Shown one piece after another: positions 37,425 to 47,117 of a DNA stretch of 64,000 nucleotides. Within the stretch, counting starts at the first letter, position 1. Every line of letters begins with the position of its first letter. This DNA comes from an uncultured Fibrobacteria bacterium. GTDB lineage: Bacteria > Fibrobacterota > Fibrobacteria > UBA11236. The translations under genes and the position numbers were made by a program. The stretch covers positions 224,001 through 288,000 of the forward strand of contig OY970309.1 of assembly GCA_963716395.1 (NCBI GenBank), read 5' to 3'. The notes under the pieces are model-generated. The model was given only the letters and a program-made list of their open reading frames with translations. It did not search any database and was not told where the DNA came from.

Positions 37425-37461
37425 CCGCTCCCCTTTCCCGCCCCGGCGGGAAAGGGGGCGG
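37425..37461. repeat. strong GC hairpin between pstB and phoU
   Basis: CCCCTTTCCCGC-CCCG-GCGGGAAAGGGG. Confidence 0.55.
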
Positions 37462-37522
37462 TTTCCGGGCAAAGCGAATTGTACTTCAGGCGTGTTGGTT
37501 CAATACTAAATTCGGAGATCCT

Positions 37523-38212
37523 ATGGAACGTCATTTTGATAAAGACCTGGCCACGCTGCGGGAAACCCTGTCGCGGATGGTGGCGCTATGCCACAACGGA
37601 CTCGAAGTCACCGCCCGGTCTTTTCGCGAGGGCGACGCCGCCATCGCCGAATCGGCCTTCCGCAACGAGCGTTCGGTGAACCAGTTGGAAATCGAAATCG
37701 ATCACGGCGTGGCCGACTGCTTCGCCCTGTTTCAACCCGTGGCGGTCGATTTGCGCTTTTTGCTGGCCATTCTGAAGATCAACAATGATTTGGAACGCAT
37801 CGGCGATCACATCGTCAACATCGCCCAATCCACCGTATCTTGCGCTTCGCATGCGCCGCTCTCCACCGCCCTGGAATTGCCGCGCATGTTCGATCTGGCG
37901 CAGAGCATGTATGACGACGCCTGCAACAGCTTTTTCGAAAAGGATCTGGAAACCTCCCGCGGGGTGCTCGAAACCGACGACATGCTCGACAGCCTCAACC
38001 GCTCCAACACCCGCGAGGCCATCCAATTGGTCAAAGACGGCGCTCTGGAACTGGAGTTGGCTCTGGAACTGCTGCGCATCTCGCGCAACCTGGAGCGCAT
38101 CGGCGATCTTTCCACCAATATCGCCGAAGAAGTGATCTTTCACGTCCAGGCCAAGGTGGTCAAGCATCACCTCGACGAATTGGACGAGAAGACGAAATCG
38201 GCCCAAGCCTGA
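37523..38212 (+). CDS. phoU: phosphate signalling protein PhoU
   Basis: QPVAVDLR, duplicated (D/N)LERIGD motifs; GGAG RBS. Confidence 0.95.
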   Translation: MERHFDKDLATLRETLSRMVALCHNGLEVTARSFREGDAAIAESAFRNERSVNQLEIEIDHGVADCFALFQPVAVDLRFLLAILKINNDLERIGDHIVNIAQSTVSCASHAPLSTALELPRMFDLAQSMYDDACNSFFEKDLETSRGVLETDDMLDSLNRSNTREAIQLVKDGALELELALELLRISRNLERIGDLSTNIAEEVIFHVQAKVVKHHLDELDEKTKSAQA

Positions 38213-38215
38213 TCT

Positions 38216-39544
38216 TCAACGCCCGGCCAGACGGTCGTTCAAGGCCGCGCGCACCTTTTCGGTGTCGGGCGCGCAATGCAAAATTGGATTGGCGAAACGC
38301 GAGACTACACCTTCGAGGCACTGCTCGTGGTAACGCGTCTTGAATTCCGAAAACTTGAGACCGTGGGCGGTGGAAATCACAATCACCCGCTCGCCGGCGG
38401 AGATCCGACGCTCCTCCACCATTTGCACCAGCGCCCCGAGCGCCACGCCCGTATGCGGATCGCAGTAGAGGCCGGTGCGATCGGCGCGATGGGCCGCGTC
38501 GGCCAGTTGCTCTTCGCTCACCTCGTACACCGACCCGTCGTATTTCTTCAGCACCTGCACGGCCCGCTCATAGCTGACGGGGTTGCCGATTTGAATGGCC
38601 GAAGCCTCGGTTTTGCGCGCCCGCATGGGTTCGAGCCGATCGAAGCCGCGGCGGTACGCCTGAAACAGCGGATTGGCGTTGGCGGCCTGTGCCACCACGA
38701 TACGTGGTTTTCGCTGGATCAGCCCCAACTCCAGCATGAGGTCGAAGCCGCGGCCCAAGGCCGACACGTTGCCGAGGTTGCCGCCGGGAATGACGATCAC
38801 GTCGGGCGGTTCCCACCCGAACTGCTGGCAGATTTCGATGCCGATGGTTTTCTGGCCTTCCAGGCGCAGCGGGTTCAACGAATTGGCCAAGTATAAAGTT
38901 TGATCTTCGGTAATTTCGCGCACCACGCGCATGCAGCCGTCGAAATCGGTGTCGAGCGAGAGCACGATGGCGCCGTTGGATATGGGTTGGATGAGTTGGG
39001 CCGTGCTGATCTTGCCGCCGGGGAGAAACACCACGGCGGGAATGTCGGCCGCGGCGCAGAAGGCCGCCAGCGCCGCCGAGGTGTCGCCGGTCGAGGCGCA
39101 GGCCACGGCCCGGATGGGAACGCCGCGCCGCCGCATGCGGTTGACCTGCGACACCAGCACGGTCATGCCCAAATCCTTGAAGGATCCGGTATGGCTGTTG
39201 CCGCACAGCTTCACCCACAAGTCCGACAACCCCAACTGCGCGCCCAGGCGTTGGGCGAAGAAAAGATTGGTCCACCCCTCATTCAGCGATACGATGTCGG
39301 CGGGATCGATGTCGGGCAGCACCCACTCCCGCTTTCCCCACACCCCCGAAGCGTACGGCCAGGCATGCGAACCGCTGCGCGACTCGAACAGAGTTTTCCA
39401 TTCCGCCGCCGTGCGCTGGCGCAACGCGTCGATATCGTGCTCCACGTCAAGCAGCCCGCCTGCGGCGTCGCGATAAACGACCTCGTCCAACGGATAGGCG
39501 GCCCCGGTGCGCATGCCCCGATAGCGGGCCGAAAATGCGGGCAT
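38216..39544 (-). CDS. thrC: threonine synthase (plant/AdoMet-type branch)
   Basis: HTGSFKDLG PLP-lysine, CASTGDTSAA, PGGNLGN, TAHGLKF. Confidence 0.92.
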   Translation of the reverse strand: MPAFSARYRGMRTGAAYPLDEVVYRDAAGGLLDVEHDIDALRQRTAAEWKTLFESRSGSHAWPYASGVWGKREWVLPDIDPADIVSLNEGWTNLFFAQRLGAQLGLSDLWVKLCGNSHTGSFKDLGMTVLVSQVNRMRRRGVPIRAVACASTGDTSAALAAFCAAADIPAVVFLPGGKISTAQLIQPISNGAIVLSLDTDFDGCMRVVREITEDQTLYLANSLNPLRLEGQKTIGIEICQQFGWEPPDVIVIPGGNLGNVSALGRGFDLMLELGLIQRKPRIVVAQAANANPLFQAYRRGFDRLEPMRARKTEASAIQIGNPVSYERAVQVLKKYDGSVYEVSEEQLADAAHRADRTGLYCDPHTGVALGALVQMVEERRISAGERVIVISTAHGLKFSEFKTRYHEQCLEGVVSRFANPILHCAPDTEKVRAALNDRLAGR

Positions 39545-39608
39545 GTTACCGAATTTAGGATATTCGCTGTGTATATTTCCTCTCCACTCCAACTCGGATT
39601 TAAACCGC

Positions 39609-41363
39609 TTGCGCCCTGTTCGAACTTTCCGCCTGCTCGCCGCGATCACCGTGCTGGGCGTTACGGCTTGTCTCGACGACGGACCCAACCAGGCCGGTCT
39701 CGGCTATGTGCAGCGGCAGGGGGTTACCCTGGCCATGCCCCTGTATCACTTCACCTTTCAAAATTTTCCCATCGACAGCTCGTTCACGGCGGAATTGCCG
39801 CTCAACCACGACGGCGAGTCGCTGCTGGTGGTGGGGCGTCAGGGCCCGTATCGGGCCGCGGCGCGCATGGCCTATCAAATCACCTCGCAAGCGCAACGCG
39901 ACAGCATCGCCCGAGGCTTATGCCTGCGCCTGGTGGCCCTGCCCTCGCTCATCAACGGCTATGCGTTTTTGAGCGCCTCGACCGCGCCGCACGATTCCCT
40001 CACCTTGCAGGTGGAAACCTTCGCCTGGAACGACACCGCAGGCGTGTATTCCGACTCGCTGCCGGTTTTCGATCAACGCATTCTCGCGGGCGACGCGGCT
40101 TTCTCCACCTTGAATCCCGCCCTGCGCGTGCGCGACACGGCGCGCATCGCCCTGGCCGCCGCCTACGACAGCCTGCACGACACCGTGCAGATCTGCCGGT
40201 TGCCGCATTTGCAAAGCCGCATGGCCACCGACACCGCCCACAACTGGATTTTATATGTGGAGGTCTCCCCGGTCGACGGGTCGCCCGACTCGGGCCTGTT
40301 CCGCTTTGACGGCGGAACCTACGGCGCGACTTACACACCGGATCTTTTTCTGGGTTCGTATGTCAAGTACGGGACGAATGTGCCGATTCAACTCGCCCCG
40401 TATATCGCGTCCAACGGTGTGCTGGCGCAAAACTACCTGGTGCAGCATACCGGCTCAACCCAAACCCTGCTCTACGGCGTATCGCGCGGCGTGCATTTGC
40501 TGATCGATCGCGACCGCCTGCTCGACAGCATCAATAGCCGCCTGGGCGGGTCGTTGGGAGCCGTGACCGGCCAATTCGACACGCGTTTTTTCGTGCCCTA
40601 CGCCGAATTGCGCCTGCCGCTGGCCGACTCCCTGGCGCAAGTCGACGGCCCCTATGCGCTCGACATGCAGATGTTTTCCGATCTCGACAGTACGGCCGAC
40701 GGAGCGGCGTGGTCCGACACCATGGTCATGAGTCTGGGCCAGTCCCCGCGTTTCCTGCTCTACTCCTATCCCGTCAGCGATATCGCCTTGCAAAAACCGC
40801 AAGACTCGCTCTATTGCTTTTACCGGACCCACCCCGTCGATTCGACCTTGCGCCAATTGATTTTCCTGTGGCACAACAGCGACACGGTCTACAACGACAC
40901 CTTCAACCTGCAACCCGACGGCTTGACGCGCGAATTGGGATTGCGCCGCATCACCAATGAGCTCAACACCCAAACCGTCGCCGTCATTCCCGATACCGCC
41001 TCGGCCACGGTAATCATTTTCCTTTCCATGGACGGGGTGACCGAACCCAATGGTTTCGTCGACTCGGCCCAAAATGCCGATACCAACTTCGCGACGGTGT
41101 CGCGGCGTTACTGGTGGCCGGGCGCGCAATCCCTGGAGGTCCGCAGCACGCGCGGCATTCGCTTGTTGCTCAACCGCACCGACCAAACCACCAGCCGACC
41201 GGATTTATTCCTGAAACCGACCGATCGCCATGCCTTTGACACGACCTCCGCGCATAACGCCATTCCCTTTCCCGTATTGGGCGAAATCGGATTTCCGCGG
41301 CAAAACGGCAAGTTGAACGCCACCCTGGATCTGTACCTCTACCCGTTGCGGAGCACTCCGTGA
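39609..41363 (+). CDS. hypothetical outer-membrane lipoprotein, rich in D-S/T
   Basis: TTG start, lipobox VTAC, beta-rich composition; coupled (GTGA) to the next gene. Confidence 0.75.
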   Translation: MRPVRTFRLLAAITVLGVTACLDDGPNQAGLGYVQRQGVTLAMPLYHFTFQNFPIDSSFTAELPLNHDGESLLVVGRQGPYRAAARMAYQITSQAQRDSIARGLCLRLVALPSLINGYAFLSASTAPHDSLTLQVETFAWNDTAGVYSDSLPVFDQRILAGDAAFSTLNPALRVRDTARIALAAAYDSLHDTVQICRLPHLQSRMATDTAHNWILYVEVSPVDGSPDSGLFRFDGGTYGATYTPDLFLGSYVKYGTNVPIQLAPYIASNGVLAQNYLVQHTGSTQTLLYGVSRGVHLLIDRDRLLDSINSRLGGSLGAVTGQFDTRFFVPYAELRLPLADSLAQVDGPYALDMQMFSDLDSTADGAAWSDTMVMSLGQSPRFLLYSYPVSDIALQKPQDSLYCFYRTHPVDSTLRQLIFLWHNSDTVYNDTFNLQPDGLTRELGLRRITNELNTQTVAVIPDTASATVIIFLSMDGVTEPNGFVDSAQNADTNFATVSRRYWWPGAQSLEVRSTRGIRLLLNRTDQTTSRPDLFLKPTDRHAFDTTSAHNAIPFPVLGEIGFPRQNGKLNATLDLYLYPLRSTP

Positions 41364-42553
41364 GATGTTGGGCGCGGGCATGCTGGGGCCTGGCCCTGCT
41401 GACGGGCACGGTGCGCGCGGAATATTCTCCGCTTTCCATCGACCGCGACGGCGTGGGGCTGCCGGTCGAAGAAATGGGTGCGCGCGAACGCGGTATGGGA
41501 GATGCCGGCATGGCGGCGCTGTCGACGCAAGGGTACTTTCTGCCCAATGTGAGCCGTGCGGCGTTTTATACGCGCACCTCGTTCGTGGCGACCATGGAAA
41601 GCGATCTGGATTGGCTACAGGATGATGCCACCTCCAACCGCCTGACCACGCTCTCCGTGCCCACCATCGCCACGTTTATCCAGGCCGGAAATCTGGGGGT
41701 CTTGGGACTGCATTACCAGGAAGCCTACCAGCGTAACTTCACTGTAACCACCCCTTCGACCTCACTGGACAGCGTGACGAAAAGCTATTCGGCCCAGGGC
41801 GGCGTCTTTCTCTTGGGCGTAAGCTGGGCTTACTCGCCCATCCCCCTGCTGGCCTTCGGCTTCACCGAAAACCTGGTTTTAACCCGCGACCGCTTCATCG
41901 ACGCCGCCTCCTTCCTGACACCCGCGCCGCCGCTAGTGCCGGAAAACCTGGCGGGCGACACCACGGAATTGCGCGGCACCGGCAGCTTTCCGACTTTTTC
42001 CACCACGCTGCATACCCGCTGGCTCGATGCGGCGGTTTCATATTCACTGGGAACGACCCTGCATCAAAGCGGCAGCCGCACCGTCACCGACATGCTGGCG
42101 GATTCGTTGACCGGAACCACCGACCGGGCCTGGCCTTTCATGTTCGCGACGGGTCTGGCTTGGCGCCCTTCCGACAACCAAACCCTGGCCGTGGATTTTT
42201 ACACCGAAGACTGGTCGGGAGACAGCCTCTCGAAATTGAATCAATCCTACAAGGTGTGCCTGGGGTATGAGCACCGCGGCAACCCCAACCCTTTCGAAGA
42301 CTATTACAAGCGCATGGACTACCGCGCCGGATTCGGGCAAGACCGCCTTTATTTGGAGAATGTGCCGGAATTTTACGGAACCATGGGGGTTGGCCTGCCT
42401 TTAGGCCCCCGCGGCAACCTGCTCGACCTCAGTTTGAAATATGCGCATCGCTATTACGACGGCTCCACCCCGTTTACCGAAGACTACGTCCAGGTGACGG
42501 CTTCTGTAGTTGGTGTGGGTATTTGGGGACGCCCGGCTCGCCGCAGGCATTGA
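41360..42553 (+). CDS. FadL/OmpP1-like outer-membrane beta-barrel
   Basis: Signal peptide, GARERGMGDAG, PNVSRAAF plug-like motif, amphipathic strands, YRAG. Confidence 0.65.
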   Translation: MRCWARACWGLALLTGTVRAEYSPLSIDRDGVGLPVEEMGARERGMGDAGMAALSTQGYFLPNVSRAAFYTRTSFVATMESDLDWLQDDATSNRLTTLSVPTIATFIQAGNLGVLGLHYQEAYQRNFTVTTPSTSLDSVTKSYSAQGGVFLLGVSWAYSPIPLLAFGFTENLVLTRDRFIDAASFLTPAPPLVPENLAGDTTELRGTGSFPTFSTTLHTRWLDAAVSYSLGTTLHQSGSRTVTDMLADSLTGTTDRAWPFMFATGLAWRPSDNQTLAVDFYTEDWSGDSLSKLNQSYKVCLGYEHRGNPNPFEDYYKRMDYRAGFGQDRLYLENVPEFYGTMGVGLPLGPRGNLLDLSLKYAHRYYDGSTPFTEDYVQVTASVVGVGIWGRPARRRH

Positions 42554-42750
42554 TCCGCTTTGCAAATTTTTCTTCGGACCAAAGAATAAATTGTCATAAG
42601 AATTTTGTGACCGCCGGCTTGATTGCCGCTTTCCCGCCTAAAAAAATTGGAACGCGATTTGCACTGTCTTCAGCGCGGTGAAAATGATTTAGATCTGTAA
42701 ATTATTATGGCGTCTCGAATTGAGTAGGTTTCCAGGAAAGGGGTGCTTGT

Positions 42751-43935
42751 ATGCAAAGCAAAAAAAATCCGGAAAGCCGGAGCCAACGCCAGAAGCCCGA
42801 AGCCCCCAAGCCGAAGGCGGCCTCTAGGCCAGCCGAAGAGCCAAAGGCGAAAGCCAAGCCCCCCGCTTCCCAAGCGAACTCTTCTTCTTCAAAACCATTT
42901 TCATCCAAAGCCATTCCCGCCAAAAAATCCGAGACGCCCGCCAAGAAAAACTCTCCGGCCCCGGCTTCGGCCTCCAAACCCCGCGCCGAGGAAAAACCGG
43001 CCCGACGCGCGGCGAAAAAGCCGAACGAAAACAAGGTTGCGGTTGCACATGAATCCGATATGGCCCGGCGCGATGCGCACCTGACCGTGTCCTTGATCCA
43101 GGGAAACCATTCCCAAACCCTGCGGCCGAAATTGTTCGAGCAGTTGCCGGTGCAAAAAGACTACGGCTTCCCGCCCAACGCTCCCGAACTTCCCGAAACC
43201 TATCACCGCGATCGTCTGGTGCTGATGACCAAGGAACCGGACTTTCTGTTTTCCTATTGGGAAGTCACCCCCGAGCTTCTGGCCGCCAAAACCGCCGCCA
43301 AGCGCAACGGCGAGCAATACCACGAGGTTTTGAAACTCACCTGGCCGGCGCGCTCGCTATTCGATGTGAACTTCGCTTTGTTGCCGGTGATGTTCGCGGC
43401 GCGCCGCTGGTACCTGCGCGCCCCCTTCGCCGGTCTCAACTACCAGGTGGATCTGGGTTGGCTTGGCAGCCAGGGACATTTCATCGTCCTCCTCAGTTCC
43501 AATGAAACCGAAAGCCCCGAAAGTTGGGACGCCACCCTGGGGCGCCTGCGCGGGCTCAGCGATGCTGTGGATTACAACGCGCGGTTGGCTCAGCCACTCG
43601 GTGCTTCGGAAAGCCTGCGGCTCGAGGAAAAACATTTTTCCATCACCGACTGGAATATGAGTTCCGGCATCTTTTCTTCTTCGTCTCCGGTGCGCAAATC
43701 GCCGTCGGAGCCGCAGCCGGCTTCGACCCTGCGCACCTTGCCGACCGAATTGCGGGTGGAAGCGCAGCTCAAACCCGGTTCGCTTCTGCGCGTGGGCGGA
43801 CGCGAATTGGTTTCCGACGCCGACGGGCGCGTGCTGGCGCATGTGGCCGGCGAAGGCGCTTTGACCGTCGAACTCGTGCTTCCGGGGGGAAGACGGCATG
43901 CGTATACCTATGATCTCGCGGCGATGACCCGCTGA
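42751..43935 (+). CDS. DUF4912 domain protein with K/A/P-rich N-terminus
   Basis: ELPETYHRDRLVLMTKEPDFLFSYWEV, RRWY, LSSN; upstream of GH57. Confidence 0.8.
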   Translation: MQSKKNPESRSQRQKPEAPKPKAASRPAEEPKAKAKPPASQANSSSSKPFSSKAIPAKKSETPAKKNSPAPASASKPRAEEKPARRAAKKPNENKVAVAHESDMARRDAHLTVSLIQGNHSQTLRPKLFEQLPVQKDYGFPPNAPELPETYHRDRLVLMTKEPDFLFSYWEVTPELLAAKTAAKRNGEQYHEVLKLTWPARSLFDVNFALLPVMFAARRWYLRAPFAGLNYQVDLGWLGSQGHFIVLLSSNETESPESWDATLGRLRGLSDAVDYNARLAQPLGASESLRLEEKHFSITDWNMSSGIFSSSSPVRKSPSEPQPASTLRTLPTELRVEAQLKPGSLLRVGGRELVSDADGRVLAHVAGEGALTVELVLPGGRRHAYTYDLAAMTR

Positions 43936-43944
43936 CCCGGCTAC

Positions 43945-45513
43945 ATGGCTTATTTGAATTTCGTCTTGCACGCGCACCTTCCCTTCGTGCGCCATCCGGA
44001 ACATGCGCGTTTTTTGGAAGAGGAATGGCTGTACGAAGCCATCACCGAGACCTATATCCCGCTGCTGCTGGAATTCGAAGCCCTGGAGCGCGACGGCCTG
44101 CCGTTCCGGATGACCATGAGCCTGACGCCGCCGCTGTGCGAAATGCTCTGCGACGAATTGCTGCAGGCGCGCTACGTCAACCACATCAACCGCCTGCGCG
44201 AGCTGTCGGAGAAGGAATGCGCGCGCACCAAAAACGATGCGCGCTTCGCCCCTCTGGCCGCCATGTACCGCAACCGCTTCGAGACCTGCTACCGCAAATT
44301 CGAAAGCCTCGGCCGCAACCTGCTCGCAGGCTTTCGTCATTTTCAGCAAACCGGCCGGCTGGAAATTCTCACCTGCGGCGCCACCCACGGCTTTCTCCCC
44401 AATCTCCGGCATTCCCGGCGCAGCGTCGAGGCCCAGATCGAGGTGGCCGTGGCGAATTACCGCAAGCATTTCGGCGTCGATCCGGCGGGCATTTGGCTGG
44501 GAGAATGCGGCTATTACCCCGGCCTCGATGCGCACATTCAGGCGGCGGGCTTGAAATATTTCTTCACCGATACGCATGGCATTTTGCAGGGCGATCCGCC
44601 TTCGCCCAAAGGCTGCTACGCCCCGATTGAGACGCCGGCCGGCATCCATTGCTTCGCGCGCGATCCCGAGTCATCGAAAGCGGTCTGGTCGGCCGAAGAA
44701 GGTTACCCCGGCGACTTCCGCTACCGCGAATTCTATCGCGACATCGGCTTCGATCTCGACATGGCCTACATCAAGCCCTACATCCATCCCATGGGGCTGC
44801 GCATCAACACGGGCATCAAGTATTACCGCATCACCGGCAAAGACGTCGCGAAAGAGCCCTATGTGGAAGAATGGGCCCGGGAAGCGGTGGAGGCGCATGC
44901 CGAGAACTTTCTTTTCAACCGCGATTTGCAGGTCGATTGGCTGGCCGGCCGCATGGATACCCCGCCCAACATCATCTGCCCCTATGACGCCGAATTATTC
45001 GGCCATTGGTGGTATGAAGGCCCGCAATGGCTGGGGCGCGTATTGCGCAAGGTCTGCACCCAATCCCGCCGCGTCACCTTGGCCTCGCCGCGCGATTACC
45101 TGAATCGGCACGCCGCGCCGCACAGCAACCCCGCCTTTTCGAGCTGGGGCGCGGGCGGCTATGCCGACGTCTGGCTCAACGGCAGCAACGACTGGATCTA
45201 CCCCCATCTGCATGAGGCAGGCGATCTCATGCGCGACGTGGCCAATCTTCCCGAAGACGGCGCGCTCGATCAGCGCGCGCGCAACCAGATGGCGCGCGAA
45301 CTGCTGCTGGCCCAATCGTCGGACTGGGCCTTTATCATGAAGACGGGCACCATGGTCGAATACGCCGTAAAGCGCACCAAGGTGCACGTGCGCAATTGCC
45401 TGGAGTTGAACCGCCAGATCCGCGCCCGGCAAATCGACGCCGGATTCCTGGAAAACCTCGAAGCCACCGACAATATTTTCCCAGAGATCGATTACCGCGT
45501 GTACCGCGGCTGA
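43945..45513 (+). CDS. GH57 1,4-alpha-glucan branching enzyme (DUF1957)
   Basis: HAHLPFVRH, ETYIPLL, WLGECGY, YDAELFGHWWYEG, QSSDWAFI. Confidence 0.93.
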   Translation: MAYLNFVLHAHLPFVRHPEHARFLEEEWLYEAITETYIPLLLEFEALERDGLPFRMTMSLTPPLCEMLCDELLQARYVNHINRLRELSEKECARTKNDARFAPLAAMYRNRFETCYRKFESLGRNLLAGFRHFQQTGRLEILTCGATHGFLPNLRHSRRSVEAQIEVAVANYRKHFGVDPAGIWLGECGYYPGLDAHIQAAGLKYFFTDTHGILQGDPPSPKGCYAPIETPAGIHCFARDPESSKAVWSAEEGYPGDFRYREFYRDIGFDLDMAYIKPYIHPMGLRINTGIKYYRITGKDVAKEPYVEEWAREAVEAHAENFLFNRDLQVDWLAGRMDTPPNIICPYDAELFGHWWYEGPQWLGRVLRKVCTQSRRVTLASPRDYLNRHAAPHSNPAFSSWGAGGYADVWLNGSNDWIYPHLHEAGDLMRDVANLPEDGALDQRARNQMARELLLAQSSDWAFIMKTGTMVEYAVKRTKVHVRNCLELNRQIRARQIDAGFLENLEATDNIFPEIDYRVYRG

Positions 45514-45523
45514 GGGTGGGAAT

Positions 45524-47056
45524 CTAAGGCTTGCGCAGCAATTGGTGCACGCGGCTCATGAGGTCGAAGACCGTAAACGGCTTGATGAGATAATCGTCGG
45601 CGCCCATCTGAAACCCGAAAGCCAAGCCCGTGCTTTGCCAGGCATTGGTGAGCATCAGCACGCGCGGGCGCATGCGGCCGCGGCGGTGGATTTCCGTCAG
45701 CAGCGCCTGACCCTCGCGCGAGGCGCTATCGAGATCGAGAATGCACAGCGACAGCGGCACGCCGGTGATGTTGCGGATGGCGGTGTAACTGTCTTCGCAG
45801 GCCACCACGTCGAAGCCCTCGCGCCCCAAAGCCTCCGCCATTTGGCTGCTGAACGCGGTGTCCGCCTCGAGCAGCAAAATGCGGTGCGTCGGCAAGGCGA
45901 TTTTGTCTTTTTCTTTTTCCGTGATGAGACGTTGCCGGCCGCCCGATTTGGCCAGGTATAAGAAGCGATCGGCTTCGGCCATGACGCTTTCGATGGAGGA
46001 TTTGGCCAGCACCGGCACCACGCCGGCCGAAAAGGTGAGCGTCACCACCTTGCCGTCGGGCGCGAGAAAGGTTTTCTGCCGCAACGCCTGCAGCGCCTTG
46101 CCCACGGCGCGGCGCGCACCTTCCAGGGCGGTACCCGAGAGCAGCAGGGCGAACTCGCCGCCGCCCCAACGCGCCAGCAAATCCGACTTGCGCAGAGATT
46201 CGCCCAAAGTGAGCGAAACTTGGCGCAACGCCGCGTCGCCCGCCGTGTGGCCGTACGCCTCGTTGAGCTTGCGCAAGTGATCCAAATCGAGCAGGGCCAA
46301 CGCCAGCGGATCATGCCGCCGTTCGGCCAGCGAGGCCAGGCGCTGAAACCCTTCGATAAATGCCGGCCGGTTGGGCAGGCCGGTGAGCACGTCGCGGCGC
46401 GCCTCGCGGCGAAGTTCGAGCGAGCGGTGCAAGGTGGCCGAGATGGCCGCCTTCAGCACCTCGGGGGCGATGGGTTTTTCAAAGAAGGAATTGGCCCCCA
46501 ACGCGAAACATTCGGCCTTGGGCAACGGACCGCTCAATCCCGAAAGTACGATCACGGGCAAATCGACGCCTTCGGCCTGTTCGCGCAGAGCCATGAGAAA
46601 ATTGCGCCCGTCGCCATCGGGAAGCGTCAAATCGAGCACCACCATCTCCACGGACTTCTCCAACACCAAGGCGTGCGCCTGTGCCATGGTATTGGCCACC
46701 AGCACCTCGCGATCGGTGCCGGCCAAAATGGTTTCGAGCAAATGGGACATCTGTGGATCGGCTTCGACGATGAGAATGCCGGGAGTTTCCTCGGATTCGA
46801 AGCGGGGCAAGCGTTCCAATTCGGAAAACAACCGATCGGCGCCCGCAATCAGGTCGGGCCCGTTCAGGTGTTCGACCTGCCGCGCCGTATCCGCCAACGC
46901 CCCGAATCCGTAGCCGGCTGCGGCCTGGGCCAGGCTATGCGCCATGCGCCGTATCGACGCATAAGTATCGGGGCCCGGCGGAGCTTTGCGCGCCGCGCGC
47001 AAGGCATCCATACCGGCAGGAAAAGTGCCCCAATTCCATAAAGGTTGCAGTTTCAT
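45524..47056 (-). CDS. Hpt-REC-GGDEF-REC regulator with degenerate GGGEF motif
   Basis: AHSLA (Hpt-like), LDLTLPDGDG, DVLTGLPNR, RKSD I-site, RWGGGEF, C-terminal REC. The upstream part of the 726-aa ORF overlaps another gene. Confidence 0.85.
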   Translation of the reverse strand: MKLQPLWNWGTFPAGMDALRAARKAPPGPDTYASIRRMAHSLAQAAAGYGFGALADTARQVEHLNGPDLIAGADRLFSELERLPRFESEETPGILIVEADPQMSHLLETILAGTDREVLVANTMAQAHALVLEKSVEMVVLDLTLPDGDGRNFLMALREQAEGVDLPVIVLSGLSGPLPKAECFALGANSFFEKPIAPEVLKAAISATLHRSLELRREARRDVLTGLPNRPAFIEGFQRLASLAERRHDPLALALLDLDHLRKLNEAYGHTAGDAALRQVSLTLGESLRKSDLLARWGGGEFALLLSGTALEGARRAVGKALQALRQKTFLAPDGKVVTLTFSAGVVPVLAKSSIESVMAEADRFLYLAKSGGRQRLITEKEKDKIALPTHRILLLEADTAFSSQMAEALGREGFDVVACEDSYTAIRNITGVPLSLCILDLDSASREGQALLTEIHRRGRMRPRVLMLTNAWQSTGLAFGFQMGADDYLIKPFTVFDLMSRVHQLLRKP

Positions 47057-47117
47057 GCGGTGACGAAATCTATTGTAGCGCCATACGGTGGAACATTGCC
47101 AAACGCCTCGGGAATAT

